DNA of 64,000 nt from Candidatus Latescibacterota bacterium (GCA_965243025.1 CBDETY010000003.1:2208001-2272000); one strand, 5' to 3'. Shown: positions 47,429 to 57,622, counted from the first letter of the stretch. The notes: generated by a model not told the origin, from the letters alone. Made by a program: numbers and translations.

Positions 47429-49003
47429 TCACATCCCGCTGCGTTCGTAGTGGCCGAGGTCGGGGTCGAGGTAGTCGCGGTGGAAGCTCTTGCCCATGAG
47501 GTACTTGATCTCGAGCTCGAGGTCGCGGAGCAGCACCTCCCCGAGCAGGTGCTCGTCCCTGCGGGTCAGGGTCGCTGAGAGCAGGTTCTCCCCCCGGGCC
47601 GGCCACTGCTCCGGCTCCAGGCGGAACACGAACCAGTAGGTCGGGCCGCCGCGGTGCCGCGGCGCGTTCATGCGGTAGGCCTGGTTGATCCTGCGGCAGA
47701 TCCTTCCCGGAAGCTCGACGCCGTTGAGGTCGAAGCGGATGCGGTCGATCTCGGTGACGTTGGAGATGCCGACGCGCAGCAGCACCTCGTGGACGCGGCC
47801 GCGCTCGTGCCAGCGCGGCAGGTCGTCGCTGATGACGAAGCGCGCCCCGGCCGGCTCGTTCAGCTGCATGACCGCCGGCAGGTCCGTGGTCACCAGCCGG
47901 TGCCAGGGCCGGTCGATCTCGGTCGGCACGTAGTAGTACTTGTCCTTTGCCGCCATGATGTCGGGGTGCGGCAGCTCGCGCAGCTTCTCGTAGAACTGCC
48001 CCTCGTAGGGCCACTGCTGGAACCACTGCGCCATGTAGATCCCGTCGACCCCCTGGTCCCAGTAGTTGCAGGCCGCCGCCCTCATCATCGCGATCGGGCC
48101 GTCCCCGATGCGGTCGTTGCCGACGCGGGCGTGCAGCACCGCGAGCACCCGCGTCTTCGTGCCGGCGGCCGCCTTCAGATACGGCGTGAAATCGAGGTTC
48201 GGGTCGAGGCGGTGGGCCCCGCCGAGCGGCTCCGGGGCGATGACGTCGACGATGCCGAGGCGGATCCACTCCTCCGGGTCGAAGCCGATGCCGGAGCAGT
48301 CCTCGAGGCCGAGCGGGATCCGGACCACCAGCTCGCGGCCGCCGCCGCTGCGCTTCACCTCCTCGTGGATGCGGCCGATCCAGTCGGTCATGGTCGTCCG
48401 CCCGGCCTCGACCTCGTCGGGGTGGAAGAAGAGGGCGTCCTGGTAGTTCAGGCAGAGCTCGAAGCCGTCGACGGGGTACTCGTTGACCGCCTCCTCGACG
48501 ATGGCGAAGCGCTCCTCCCGCACCTCCCGGTGATTGAAGTCGAGGCCGGTGATACCGGGCATTTCCGGGTCGAGGTCCCCCCTGCCGCCGATCTGGAGGT
48601 GGGGGTTGTCGAAGCGGAAGTTCGAGCAGCGGACCGGGCAGGACTCGGGGCCGGGGGTCTGCACCAGCAGGGTCGGGTAGACCAGGATTCCCTTCTCGCG
48701 GCCGCGGTCGCAGACCAGCCGCAGCGGGTCGAAGCCGGCGTCGATCAGGCTCCTGGCGTTCTGGTGGGCGCGCTTGAAGACGAGGTGGTCCCACTTGTCG
48801 ACGTTGTGCCCCCACAGCTCCCCGGCCCGGGTGTCGTGGAGCAGGGTGCGCCCCTCGGCCAGGCCGAACATCACCGCCTCGACCGAGGTCGTGGCCAGCT
48901 CGTCGATGCAGGCCTGGTACTCCTCGGGGTACATCGGCGGCTCGTACCGGTAGATGTGCGGGTGCCGGCCGTCGTGGTAGTAGACGATTTTCGGTTCGGC
49001 CAT
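47429..49003 (-). CDS. GHL10-like TIM-barrel protein
   Basis: ATG at 49003; YYHDGRH, DPLRLVCDR, LDFNHREVR, YPVDGFEL, GVDGIY. Confidence 0.7.
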   Translation of the reverse strand: MAEPKIVYYHDGRHPHIYRYEPPMYPEEYQACIDELATTSVEAVMFGLAEGRTLLHDTRAGELWGHNVDKWDHLVFKRAHQNARSLIDAGFDPLRLVCDRGREKGILVYPTLLVQTPGPESCPVRCSNFRFDNPHLQIGGRGDLDPEMPGITGLDFNHREVREERFAIVEEAVNEYPVDGFELCLNYQDALFFHPDEVEAGRTTMTDWIGRIHEEVKRSGGGRELVVRIPLGLEDCSGIGFDPEEWIRLGIVDVIAPEPLGGAHRLDPNLDFTPYLKAAAGTKTRVLAVLHARVGNDRIGDGPIAMMRAAACNYWDQGVDGIYMAQWFQQWPYEGQFYEKLRELPHPDIMAAKDKYYYVPTEIDRPWHRLVTTDLPAVMQLNEPAGARFVISDDLPRWHERGRVHEVLLRVGISNVTEIDRIRFDLNGVELPGRICRRINQAYRMNAPRHRGGPTYWFVFRLEPEQWPARGENLLSATLTRRDEHLLGEVLLRDLELEIKYLMGKSFHRDYLDPDLGHYERSGM

Positions 49004-49014
49004 GGAATCTCCCC

Positions 49015-50124
49015 TTACCTGTGCCAGTCGTATTCGAGCCCGAGGGTGCGGTCCGCAAGGGGCAGATCGACCCGCTCCCCGCCGCGGGCGGACGAGAGCT
49101 TGAGCCCCACCTCGACCTCGATGGCCCGGGCGACGCGGCGCCCCGAGTTCTTCGGCTCCTCCATCCTGCCCTCGATGCAGTCGATGACGTCGGCGAGGCC
49201 GAAGATCGTGCCCAGGCCCGCGACGTCCTGCTGCGGCTCCGGCCACGGCATCTCGACCGGGCGCGGGCTTCCGTCGACCTGCCGCTTCTGGAACAGCCGC
49301 CACCGCCCGTAGGGATCCTTGTGGAGGATCTCCCCCTCGCTTCCGGTGAGGCGGACGAAGGGGGCCCCCTTGCGGAACTGCACCACCAGGCCGCTGCCGG
49401 TCGCCATCACCCCCTGGCCGCGGAACTCGCCGCTGCCGGACTCGCGCGGCGGCTCGTCGCCGGTCCCCACCACCCACTCCGGGGTGGAGTCGACGAACAG
49501 GGACCAGTTCTGGTGCTGCGACAGGTTGCGGTCCGATGCCGTGTCGATGGACAGCAGGTCCCCGATGGCGCCGTCGAGCAGCAGCTGCCGGGCCCTGCCG
49601 AAGGCCGGGTGGTTGGTCGAGATCGCCCCGCAGCAGAGCGGCACCCCGGCCCCGGCGCAGGCGGAGACCATGGCGTCGCACTGCTCGAGCCGCTCGGCCA
49701 TCGGTTTCTCGGTGACGATCCCCCGGGCCCCGTGCTCGACCGCTGCCAGGGTCAGCTCCGGCCGCATCTTGGTGTTCGTCGAGATGGCGACGATTTCCGG
49801 CTTTTCGCGGCGCAGCATCTCGACCGCGTCGGTGTAGAGGGCCTCGACGCCGTAGCGCTCGCCGAACGCGGCCAGCCGCCGGGGATCCCGCTCGGCGGCC
49901 GCCACCAGGTCGATTTCCGGACGGTCGGCCAGGGCCTCGGAGTAGGTCGAGGCCCTCCCCTTGCGGCCGGTGTACATGGTGTGGAAGTGGAAGCGGCGGT
50001 GGACGTCGAGGTCCGGGGTCGGACGCTCGATGTCGTCGACGTGCCAGACCCCCATGCGGTCGGCGAGGTCGTAGAGCAGGCCCATCCAGCCGAGGCCGAT
50101 TACGGCGCCGCGGTACCTGGCCAT
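49015..50124 (-). CDS. Gfo/Idh/MocA oxidoreductase
   Basis: ATG at 50124; AVIGLGWMG, KPEIVAIST, TEKPMA. Confidence 0.85.
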   Translation of the reverse strand: MARYRGAVIGLGWMGLLYDLADRMGVWHVDDIERPTPDLDVHRRFHFHTMYTGRKGRASTYSEALADRPEIDLVAAAERDPRRLAAFGERYGVEALYTDAVEMLRREKPEIVAISTNTKMRPELTLAAVEHGARGIVTEKPMAERLEQCDAMVSACAGAGVPLCCGAISTNHPAFGRARQLLLDGAIGDLLSIDTASDRNLSQHQNWSLFVDSTPEWVVGTGDEPPRESGSGEFRGQGVMATGSGLVVQFRKGAPFVRLTGSEGEILHKDPYGRWRLFQKRQVDGSPRPVEMPWPEPQQDVAGLGTIFGLADVIDCIEGRMEEPKNSGRRVARAIEVEVGLKLSSARGGERVDLPLADRTLGLEYDWHR

Positions 50125-50711
50125 CAGGAAGGCCTGCGCACGAAGCTCTCGGCCAGGGCGAAGACGCAGGAGCTGCGGTCCCCCCCTATGGTCGAGCGCC
50201 AGATGTCGCGGATGTACGGAGCGCCGGCGACCGGCTCGCCGTCGACTTCGAGGGCGGCGCGGCCGCAGAAGTGCAGCAGCGAGAACACGAAGTCGCCCGA
50301 GGGGCTGTCGGGCCAGGGGCCGTTGCAGACGACGGGCGCCTCGACCTCCCCCCAGGCCGCCGCGATCACATGGTCGCCGGTGTCGATGCGCCAGGCCGGG
50401 TCGGTGCGCAGGGCCCCCGATTCGCTGAAGGCCGCCTCGACCACGGGAATCTCTTCGTCCGGCCAGGAGCGGGTCATGGTCGCGCGCGCGTACTCCAGCA
50501 CCTCGCGGTTGTCGGTGCAGAGCCCGGTGAACCGCCCCGGGACGTCGACGAGGGCGGCGACCCCGGCCCCGGCCGGGCACCAGCGGAAGCTGAACAGGCT
50601 GACGCGGCCGCTGTCCGTTTCCCGGCCGGGTTCTCTCAGGTAGTTGATCCAGTGCTCCCCGGTCCAGGTCAGCTCCCCCTCGACCCGGGGCCTGTCGCCG
50701 TCGGCGCTCAT
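50124..50711 (-). CDS. Hypothetical protein (beta-rich, ~195 aa)
   Basis: ATG at 50711, coupled to the downstream gene (TGATG); GC3-rich frame; no family recognised. Confidence 0.7.
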   Translation of the reverse strand: MSADGDRPRVEGELTWTGEHWINYLREPGRETDSGRVSLFSFRWCPAGAGVAALVDVPGRFTGLCTDNREVLEYARATMTRSWPDEEIPVVEAAFSESGALRTDPAWRIDTGDHVIAAAWGEVEAPVVCNGPWPDSPSGDFVFSLLHFCGRAALEVDGEPVAGAPYIRDIWRSTIGGDRSSCVFALAESFVRRPS

Positions 50712-50754
50712 ATTCGATGCCTCGCGCGGTTCGGGTGCGATACCGCCGCGGCCG

Positions 50755-52122
50755 CTAGCGGACCAGGCGGCGGAAGGAGTCTTCCTGGAGGCCGGCCTCC
50801 AGGAGGGTGTCGATATCGCCGCCGCGCAGGCCCCCGGCGATGACCTCGAAGGTCTCGCGCACCCCGGCCGCCGTCGCGGCCACCGCCTCCTCGTCGTGGG
50901 CCATGTTGAAGAAGAACCCCGTCGCCAGGATGAGCCCGCGGCGGGCGTTCTCCTGGACGAACAGGGTCGACACCTTCTTCGCCAGCTCCGCGTCATCGAT
51001 GTTGAAGCGGATGCCGGGATGGGCGGCGACCCCGGCGCACTCCGCGTCGATGCCGGCGTCCCTTGCCGCCTCGTTGATCCGCCCCATCAGGTCGGCGCCG
51101 ATCTTCTCGAAATACGCCGGGGCGTCGAGGCGCCGCAGCTCCTTCAGGGTGGCGATCGAGGCGCTGATGCCGACGTTGTCGTCCCAGTAGGCGCTGGAGA
51201 TGAACATGCCGGCGGCCGCCTGCATCACCTCGCGCCTGCCGACGACCGCCCCCATCGGGTAGCCGTTGGAGATCGCCTTGGCGAAGGCGGTCAGGTCCGG
51301 GGTCACCCCGGTGAACTCCTGGACGCCGCCGAGGGAGATACGCCAGCCGCAGGAGACCTCGTCGAAGACGAGGACGACGCCGTAGCGGTTGGCGAGGTCG
51401 CGCACCCCTTCGAGGTACCCTTCCGGCGGCAGCTCCGAGCGCATCGGCTCCATGATGATGCAGGCCACCTCGTCCTCGTTCTGCTTCAGCAGGTCCTCGA
51501 GCATGTCGAGGTCGCCGTACTCGAAGGGGATCGCGGTCCCCTCGAGGGCGGCGGGGACGCCGACCGGATCGATCCCGGAGAACAGGTGGCCCTGCAGCTT
51601 CTCCCTCCCGAGGTTGGCCGCCAGGTACCAGTCGTGCCAGCCGTGATAGCCGCTGAACAGCACCTTGTCGCGGCCGGTGGCGCCGCGCGCTATGCGCACC
51701 GCAACGGCGCAGGCCTCCCCGCCCCCCTTGCAGTAGCGGACCATCTCCGCGGACGGGACGATGTCGACGAGCAGCTCGGCGAGCTCCACCGAGTTCTCGT
51801 GGATGATGCTGTAGATCGATCCCTTGTCGATCGCCTCGACGACCGCGGCGTCGACGGTCGGGTTGGCGTACCCGAGGATGATCGGGCCGACGGCGCTGCC
51901 CCAGTCGATGTACTCGTTGCCGTCGACGTCCCGGATGCGGCAGCCCTTCGCCTTCTCGGCGTAGATCGGGCTGACCCCGAAGGCGGCGCGCGAGGGCCGG
52001 CGGCTGATCAGCTGCGAGATCCCGGGAATCAGCTCGGCGGCGCGCGCGTGGATCTCGAGCGAGCGGGAAATGCGCGAGGTGGTTTCCGTCGCCGGTGCGG
52101 GTGCAGGTGCGGTTGCGGTCAT
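50755..52122 (-). CDS. Class III PLP aminotransferase (glutamate-1-semialdehyde aminomutase-like)
   Basis: DVDGNEYID, GGEAC..AVRIARGATGR, GYHGWHD, FDEV, AKAISNGYP. Confidence 0.88.
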   Translation of the reverse strand: MTATAPAPAPATETTSRISRSLEIHARAAELIPGISQLISRRPSRAAFGVSPIYAEKAKGCRIRDVDGNEYIDWGSAVGPIILGYANPTVDAAVVEAIDKGSIYSIIHENSVELAELLVDIVPSAEMVRYCKGGGEACAVAVRIARGATGRDKVLFSGYHGWHDWYLAANLGREKLQGHLFSGIDPVGVPAALEGTAIPFEYGDLDMLEDLLKQNEDEVACIIMEPMRSELPPEGYLEGVRDLANRYGVVLVFDEVSCGWRISLGGVQEFTGVTPDLTAFAKAISNGYPMGAVVGRREVMQAAAGMFISSAYWDDNVGISASIATLKELRRLDAPAYFEKIGADLMGRINEAARDAGIDAECAGVAAHPGIRFNIDDAELAKKVSTLFVQENARRGLILATGFFFNMAHDEEAVAATAAGVRETFEVIAGGLRGGDIDTLLEAGLQEDSFRRLVR

Positions 52123-52148
52123 GAAAGTCTCCGTTGGTTGCGCCGCGG

Positions 52149-53225
52149 TCAGCGGCGGTACTTGTCGAGTTTCTCCTCGTCGACGGTCACCCCGAGGCCG
52201 GGCTCCATGGGCACGCGGATGCGGCCTCCCTCGAAGCGCAGCGGCTCGACGAGGATGTCGTCGGTCAGTCCGTGATAGCAGGTGTCGCTCGGGCCGGAAA
52301 AGCCCGGAGTGCAGGCGGCGATGTGGGCGACCGCGGCGGTCTTGAGCCCGAAGTCGTGGGCGCAGTGCATCAGGCAGGGGACGTCCCAGGCCGAGGCGGC
52401 CTCGGCCACCTTCTTGACCGCCAGGATGCCCCCGGAGCCGACGGTGTCCGGCATCAGGAAGTCGGCGGCGCCGGCGGTCACCAGGGGGGCGATGCTGGCC
52501 GGATCGGAGATCCCCATGTTGACGAGGATCCCCATGCCGATCTCGCCGCGGAACTTCGCCAGCAGCCCGGTGTGGGCGGCGTCGCAGGGGTCCTCGAAGA
52601 AACGCACCCCGAGGTCGCGCATCTCCCGCATCTGGCGCTCCGCCACCCCGGGGCTGTACCCGGCGTTGGCGTCGGGGCGCAGCACCGCCTCCTCCCCGAC
52701 CTCCTCCTGGATCGCCGCGGCGATGCGCAGGTCCTGTTCAGGGTCGTCGCCCGCCTTCGTCTTGATGAAGCGGAACCCCCACTCCTCGATGTAGGCGCGC
52801 GCGGTCTCGGCCGATGCGGACGGTTCCTTGATCCCCATGCAGGCGCAGAAGTCGGCCTCCTCCCGGACCACCCCGCCGAGCAGGCGGCAGACCGGCAGGC
52901 CGGCGCCCTTGCCGAGGGCGTCCCACTGCGCCATCTCGACCGCGGAGATCTCCCCGTGGCCGGCCCCGGCCTCCGTCAGCCTCGCCACCGCCCCCTGGAC
53001 GTCGGCAACGTGGTGGCCGGCCAGGACGGCGTTGACGTCGAAGGGGAAGGAGTTGATCCCCTCCCCCCAGCCGACCAGGCCGTCATCGGTTTCCAGCTTC
53101 GCGATCAGCCCGGCCGCCCCCTCGGTGGCGCGGTACTCGCCGCCGCGGTGGCGCCCCACGTAGGGGCCGACCGGGGGCTGGTAGGGTATGAACACCTCGG
53201 TCAGGGTGATTCTCGCTATCTGCAT
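52149..53225 (-). CDS. Mandelate racemase/muconate lactonizing enzyme family protein
   Basis: TDDGLVGWGE, WDALGK, IKTK, PDANA, FEDP, PGLGVTVD. Confidence 0.88.
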   Translation of the reverse strand: MQIARITLTEVFIPYQPPVGPYVGRHRGGEYRATEGAAGLIAKLETDDGLVGWGEGINSFPFDVNAVLAGHHVADVQGAVARLTEAGAGHGEISAVEMAQWDALGKGAGLPVCRLLGGVVREEADFCACMGIKEPSASAETARAYIEEWGFRFIKTKAGDDPEQDLRIAAAIQEEVGEEAVLRPDANAGYSPGVAERQMREMRDLGVRFFEDPCDAAHTGLLAKFRGEIGMGILVNMGISDPASIAPLVTAGAADFLMPDTVGSGGILAVKKVAEAASAWDVPCLMHCAHDFGLKTAAVAHIAACTPGFSGPSDTCYHGLTDDILVEPLRFEGGRIRVPMEPGLGVTVDEEKLDKYRR

Positions 53226-53325
53226 TCGATTTCCTCGTGTCCCGGCTCAGGAGGTTCCCGGGTGAAAGCTGCCGCCGATCCTGGGACTCCCGGCCCCCCC
53301 ATCGGGGCGTTTCATCGAGCCCGGT

Positions 53326-54507
53326 TCAGGCCGGCCCGCAGTAGAGGGCGGCCGCTGCCGCGTACACCCTGGCGGCGTCGGCGAGCCTGCGCATCGACAC
53401 CCACTCGACGTCGGCGTGCGCGGTGTCGTTCGAGGGCCCGTAGTAGAAGGTCGGTATTCCGGTGCCGGCGACATAGAGGTTGGCGTCGCCGACGACGCGT
53501 CGGCCCACCAGCTCCGCGGCGCTTCCCGTCACCCGGCGGTGGGCCGCGGCCACCGCGACGACCGCCGGGTCGTCCCGGGGAGTCTCGAACGGCTCCCGCT
53601 CGTGCTCCATGGCCACGCTCAGCCCGAGGCCGCCCGCCTCGGCGTACGGCCGCGCCATCGCCTCGAGCTCGGCCAGCACCTCGGCGGCGCCCCGGCCGCT
53701 CATCCAGCGGCGGGTCCCGGTCAGGCGGCAGCGCAGCGGCGTGCGGTTGAAGTAGTCGCCGGCCTCGGCGATGCCGAGGTCGATGCGCTCGCTTCCTGCC
53801 AGGGGATGGGTCCGGCCGCCGTCGAGCTCCCGCTGCAGCCGCTCGACGGCGACGATCAGCTCCCCCATGTGGCGGATCGGGTTGTCGGCGAAGTCGACGT
53901 ACTGGGTGTGCCTTCCGCCGAGGGCGGAGGACAGCTCGATGGTAAACACCATGGAGCCCATGCTCATCACCCAGAGCTCGTCCGATCCCTCGACGATGAG
54001 GATGCGGTCCCCGGAAACGCGGCCGCAGTCGATGTCTTCGATCAGGGCCCGCGGACCGTCCTTGCCCGCCTCCGGCTCCTCGTGGCCGACCACCGCGGTC
54101 AGGACCACGTCCCCGGCCAGCGCCGTCCCGGAGTCGCGCAGGGCCTTCGCCGCCCCGAGAATCGAGGCCATCCCCCCCTTCATGTCGGTGGAACCGCGGC
54201 CGTACAGGCGGTCTCCTTCGAGCCGGCACGGGGGACAGCCGCCGACCGCGATGGTGTCGAGGTGCCCGTTGAAGAGCAAAGCCGGCCCGCCGCCGCTGCC
54301 GGGAATGCGCGCGTACAGGTTGTTCCGCCCCGGGGTGACCTCGCGCACGTCGACGTCGAGCCCGAGGCCGCGCATCTGCCGCTCGAACAGGGCGCAGACC
54401 TCCGGTTCGTCCAGGGTCTCGCTCTCGACCTCGACCAGCTCGCGGGTGCGCTCGACGATCCAGTCTTCGTCGACGGCCGAGACCAGGGTGTCGATGTCCG
54501 TCGCCAT
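53326..54507 (-). CDS. M20 metallo-hydrolase (ArgE/DapE-like deacylase)
   Basis: NGHLDT, GRGSTDMKGG, VGHEE, YYGP, AHADVEWV. Confidence 0.88.
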   Translation of the reverse strand: MATDIDTLVSAVDEDWIVERTRELVEVESETLDEPEVCALFERQMRGLGLDVDVREVTPGRNNLYARIPGSGGGPALLFNGHLDTIAVGGCPPCRLEGDRLYGRGSTDMKGGMASILGAAKALRDSGTALAGDVVLTAVVGHEEPEAGKDGPRALIEDIDCGRVSGDRILIVEGSDELWVMSMGSMVFTIELSSALGGRHTQYVDFADNPIRHMGELIVAVERLQRELDGGRTHPLAGSERIDLGIAEAGDYFNRTPLRCRLTGTRRWMSGRGAAEVLAELEAMARPYAEAGGLGLSVAMEHEREPFETPRDDPAVVAVAAAHRRVTGSAAELVGRRVVGDANLYVAGTGIPTFYYGPSNDTAHADVEWVSMRRLADAARVYAAAAALYCGPA

Positions 54508-54599
54508 TTTCAGTTTCCTCCGTTGCGTCCGCTACCTGGGCGCCGCGCTGAAATCCCAGGGTGAATTCGGTCGCCGCGACGCCCGTTCCTGTGTATCGA

Positions 54600-55463
54600 T
54601 CACGCTCGCATGCCCAGCAGGGCCTCGACCTCCGGGCCAGGTGGGATCTGGGCGGCCGGGTGCTGGACGACGTTGGCCCCGGCTATGCAGGCCGCCTCGA
54701 GACAGCGCTCCGGCGCCGCCCCGAGCAGGATGCCGGCCGCCAGCACGCCGCTGAAGGCGTCCCCGGCGCCGACCACGTCGGCGACCTCGACCTTCAGGCC
54801 CGGGTGGGAGTGCACCTGGCCCGCGGCGTGGAGGTCGGCGCCCCGCTCCCCCCTGGTAAGGGCGACCGTCTCCAGGCCGTAGCGGTCCATGAGCTCGGGA
54901 ACCGTCGAGACTCCCGAGAGGCCGGCGACGGTCTCGAACTCCTCGTCGGTCAGCTTGAGGATCGTCGTCTCCCGCAGCAGCGGATCGATGAGGTCTTCGG
55001 TGTAATAGCCCTCGCGCAGGTTGACGTCGTAGAAGCGGTGGCGGGGCCCGAGGGCGAGGAGCCGGCCCAGGGTGCGGCGGTTCGCCTCGCGGCGCTGGGC
55101 CACGGTGCCGAAATAGACCAGCTCCGGCACCGGGTCGGGGATGCGCGCCAGGTCGATGTGGTCCCACGCCGAGTCGTTGATCGTGAACTCCGGCTCCCCA
55201 TCGACGATGCGGACGTCGACCGTGCCGGTCGGCTCGGGGCGCTCGATGATCCAGGATGTGTCGACCCCGGCGGCGGCGAGGAACTCCCGGATCTCCGCGC
55301 CCAGCCCGTCGCGGCCGACGGCGCTGACGATGGCGGTGGGGACGCCGAGGGTACCGAGGTACCAGGCGACGTTGAGCGAGCCGCCGCCGATGGCGCGGTG
55401 GTCCTCGAAGAAGTCGACGAGGGTCTCGCCGAAGGAAAAGGCGATGGGCGCGGGAGCCGGCAC
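54600..55463 (-). CDS. PfkB-family carbohydrate kinase (fructokinase-like)
   Basis: FGETLVD, GGGSLNVA, YDVNLR, LTRGERGA, DVVGAGDAF. Confidence 0.9.
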   Translation of the reverse strand: MPAPAPIAFSFGETLVDFFEDHRAIGGGSLNVAWYLGTLGVPTAIVSAVGRDGLGAEIREFLAAAGVDTSWIIERPEPTGTVDVRIVDGEPEFTINDSAWDHIDLARIPDPVPELVYFGTVAQRREANRRTLGRLLALGPRHRFYDVNLREGYYTEDLIDPLLRETTILKLTDEEFETVAGLSGVSTVPELMDRYGLETVALTRGERGADLHAAGQVHSHPGLKVEVADVVGAGDAFSGVLAAGILLGAAPERCLEAACIAGANVVQHPAAQIPPGPEVEALLGMRA

Positions 55464-55491
55464 GGGGTTTCAAGTCCTCCGGGGGGAGGTC

Positions 55492-55767
55492 CTACGTCCT
55501 CTCCGTCAGCCTGCCGGACAGGTATTTATGGATTACGCTCGACAACAGCGTCTGATACGGGATGCCCTCCTCACGCGCTCGTGCATGGGCGAGATTGAAG
55601 TCGCGTTCGGTTACCCGCAGGTTGACCCGTCGCGTCTTGTTGAAGGTGTTGCGGGCAGCTTGACGCGCTGTCTCCATCTCACCTTCAACGGCATCGACGC
55701 GGCGCAGCTCGCCTCGCTCGAACTGCTCGAGAATTTCCTGCTCTTCAGTGTTCAGTTGGCCGCTCAC
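55492..55767 (-). CDS. Ribbon-helix-helix antitoxin (BrnA/CopG-like)
   Basis: EEQEILE.FE...RVNLRV...AREEGIPYQTLLSSVIHKY. Confidence 0.85.
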   Translation of the reverse strand: MSGQLNTEEQEILEQFERGELRRVDAVEGEMETARQAARNTFNKTRRVNLRVTERDFNLAHARAREEGIPYQTLLSSVIHKYLSGRLTERT

Positions 55768-56050
55768 GATGATGCCTCCTCTGATAGTCGCGCGTCGCCT
55801 TCCGGCTGGGGATGATCGTCTTCAGGAACCTCGTGCCGTCAGTACCAATCACGAAAGGGACGAGGTGGAGGTACTGTTCGATGTCCACGACGTAGATCAT
55901 CTGGCCCGGATACCGGTCCTGATCGGGGTGTTCCAACACGTCCACAAGACCGCCTCGCTCGATCGCAGAGACGATGCGCTCGAATGACACTCCCCGCTGC
56001 ACAGCGAGTTGTCGGTTCTTATCCAGGTTCCAATCGAAGGCAGCAGTCAC
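55745..56050 (-). CDS. BrnT-like (DUF497) ribonuclease toxin
   Basis: FDWNLDKN...RGVSFE, YPGQ, LVPFV, FLKTIIPSRKAT; start uncertain (56050, 56065 or 56086). Confidence 0.85.
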   Translation of the reverse strand: MTAAFDWNLDKNRQLAVQRGVSFERIVSAIERGGLVDVLEHPDQDRYPGQMIYVVDIEQYLHLVPFVIGTDGTRFLKTIIPSRKATRDYQRRHHRERPTEH

Positions 56051-56197
56051 GTTTCCGATCTTCATCCATTGTGTGCATTTTGTCAACAGGCTTGGGTTCC
56101 CGTGGTCCGCATCCCAACCGGGTTATCCGAGGTGGAGCACATTATTCATTATCATTCAGCCGAGGAACGATACCCGAACAGGCGTGGAGGTACAGCA

Positions 56198-57622
56198 ATG
56201 GCGGACGAACGGCTGGCATACGAACCGGCGACCGAGTTGCTCGAGCTGATCGCGGCGAAACAGGTCTCTCCCGTGGCGCTGGCGGAGATGTTTTTCGAGC
56301 GCATCGCCCGCCTCGATCCGCGGATCGACTCCTTCCTCCTGGTGACCCGGGACCTGGCGATGAAGCAAGCCAAGGCCGCGGAGGACGCGGTGATGCGGGG
56401 CGACAGCCTCGGCGCCCTGCACGGCCTGCCCCTTCCAATCAAGGACACGCAGATGACCGCGGGCGTGCGCACGACCATGGGGTCCGTCGTGCACGCGGAC
56501 CGGGTGCCCGAGCGCAACGCCGCCGTGGTCGAGCGCGTCCTGAACGCAGGGGCCGTGATGCTCGGCAAGACCAACGTGCCGGAGTTCGGCATGGTGGGCA
56601 CGTGCGAGAACTCCCTGGGGGTGCTGGGACGCAACCCGTGGGATACCGGGCGGACACCCGGAGGGTCGAGCGGCGGAGCGGCCGCGGCCGTGGCGGCCTG
56701 CCTGTGCCCGGCGGCGACCGGAAGCGACGGAGGTGGGTCGCTGCGCATACCGGCCAACTTCTGCGGGGTCTACGCCATCAAGCCGACGCAGGGCCGGGTG
56801 TCGGGTTACACCGGACTCGGGGGGCCTCCGATGCCGAACATCTTCTCCCAGCCCGGGCCGCTGGCGAGGACGGTGCGGGACGCGGCGCTGCTGCTGCAGG
56901 TCATGGCCGGATTCGACCGGAGGGACCAGGCGTCCATCCGGCAGGCTCCGCCCGACTTCATGGCGGCCACGGAGCGGGATATCGACGGACTCCGGATCGG
57001 CTGGAGCGCCGATTTCGGGTTCGCGCCTGTCTTTCCCGAGGTCGTCGACGTCACCTCCAGGGCGGCGATGGTCTTCGAGAAGCTGGGCTGCGCGGTCGAG
57101 GAGGCCGACATGGTGCTCCCCGAGCCGTACGACTCGTTCGGTCCCATCCAGTCGGCGGGTTCTTACCACAACCTGGCGCAGTACCTCGAAGAGTACGGCG
57201 GCCGCATGACGGAGTTCGCGCGCTTCTATATCGAGATGGGGTCCCGGGTAACGACCGGGGATTACATCCGGGCCGAGGGGCGCATCGCCGAGCTGAAGGC
57301 CACGTTCGACGACGCGTTCGAGAGGTACGACCTCATCATGTCGCCCGTGTCCTGCTTCCCCGCCTTCCCGAACGAGACCTTCCCGGGCAGCATCACGGGG
57401 GAATCGTCGTATCCCGTGCAGTACTGGAACGGGACGTTCACCATGCACGGCAACGCCATCGGCCACCCGGCCGCGTCCGTGCCCGCGGGGTTCTCACCGG
57501 AGGGCCTGCCCGTGGGACTTCAGATTATCGGACGGAAATTCGACGAAGAGACGGTGCTCGCCGCATCCGCGGCGTTCGAGCGCGCGCGGCCGTGGACCGG
57601 GCGGAGGCCGCCCGTGTCCTGA
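56198..57622 (+). CDS. Amidase signature family enzyme
   Basis: ATG at 56198 with RBS GGAGG; LHGLPLPIKD, GKTNVPEF, PGGSSGGAAAA, GSDGGGSLRIPA. Confidence 0.92.
   Translation: MADERLAYEPATELLELIAAKQVSPVALAEMFFERIARLDPRIDSFLLVTRDLAMKQAKAAEDAVMRGDSLGALHGLPLPIKDTQMTAGVRTTMGSVVHADRVPERNAAVVERVLNAGAVMLGKTNVPEFGMVGTCENSLGVLGRNPWDTGRTPGGSSGGAAAAVAACLCPAATGSDGGGSLRIPANFCGVYAIKPTQGRVSGYTGLGGPPMPNIFSQPGPLARTVRDAALLLQVMAGFDRRDQASIRQAPPDFMAATERDIDGLRIGWSADFGFAPVFPEVVDVTSRAAMVFEKLGCAVEEADMVLPEPYDSFGPIQSAGSYHNLAQYLEEYGGRMTEFARFYIEMGSRVTTGDYIRAEGRIAELKATFDDAFERYDLIMSPVSCFPAFPNETFPGSITGESSYPVQYWNGTFTMHGNAIGHPAASVPAGFSPEGLPVGLQIIGRKFDEETVLAASAAFERARPWTGRRPPVS

Noticed and set aside
52093-52119. Short 6-bp tandem (GGTGCG-like) repeat at the aminotransferase start
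   Set aside because: It encodes a low-complexity TAPAPAPA N-terminal linker and stays in frame; no sign of phase variation.
50755-52122. hemL assignment
   Set aside because: The GYHGWHD-type class III enzyme sits in a sugar/amine catabolic context with no heme genes; a paralogous function is more likely.
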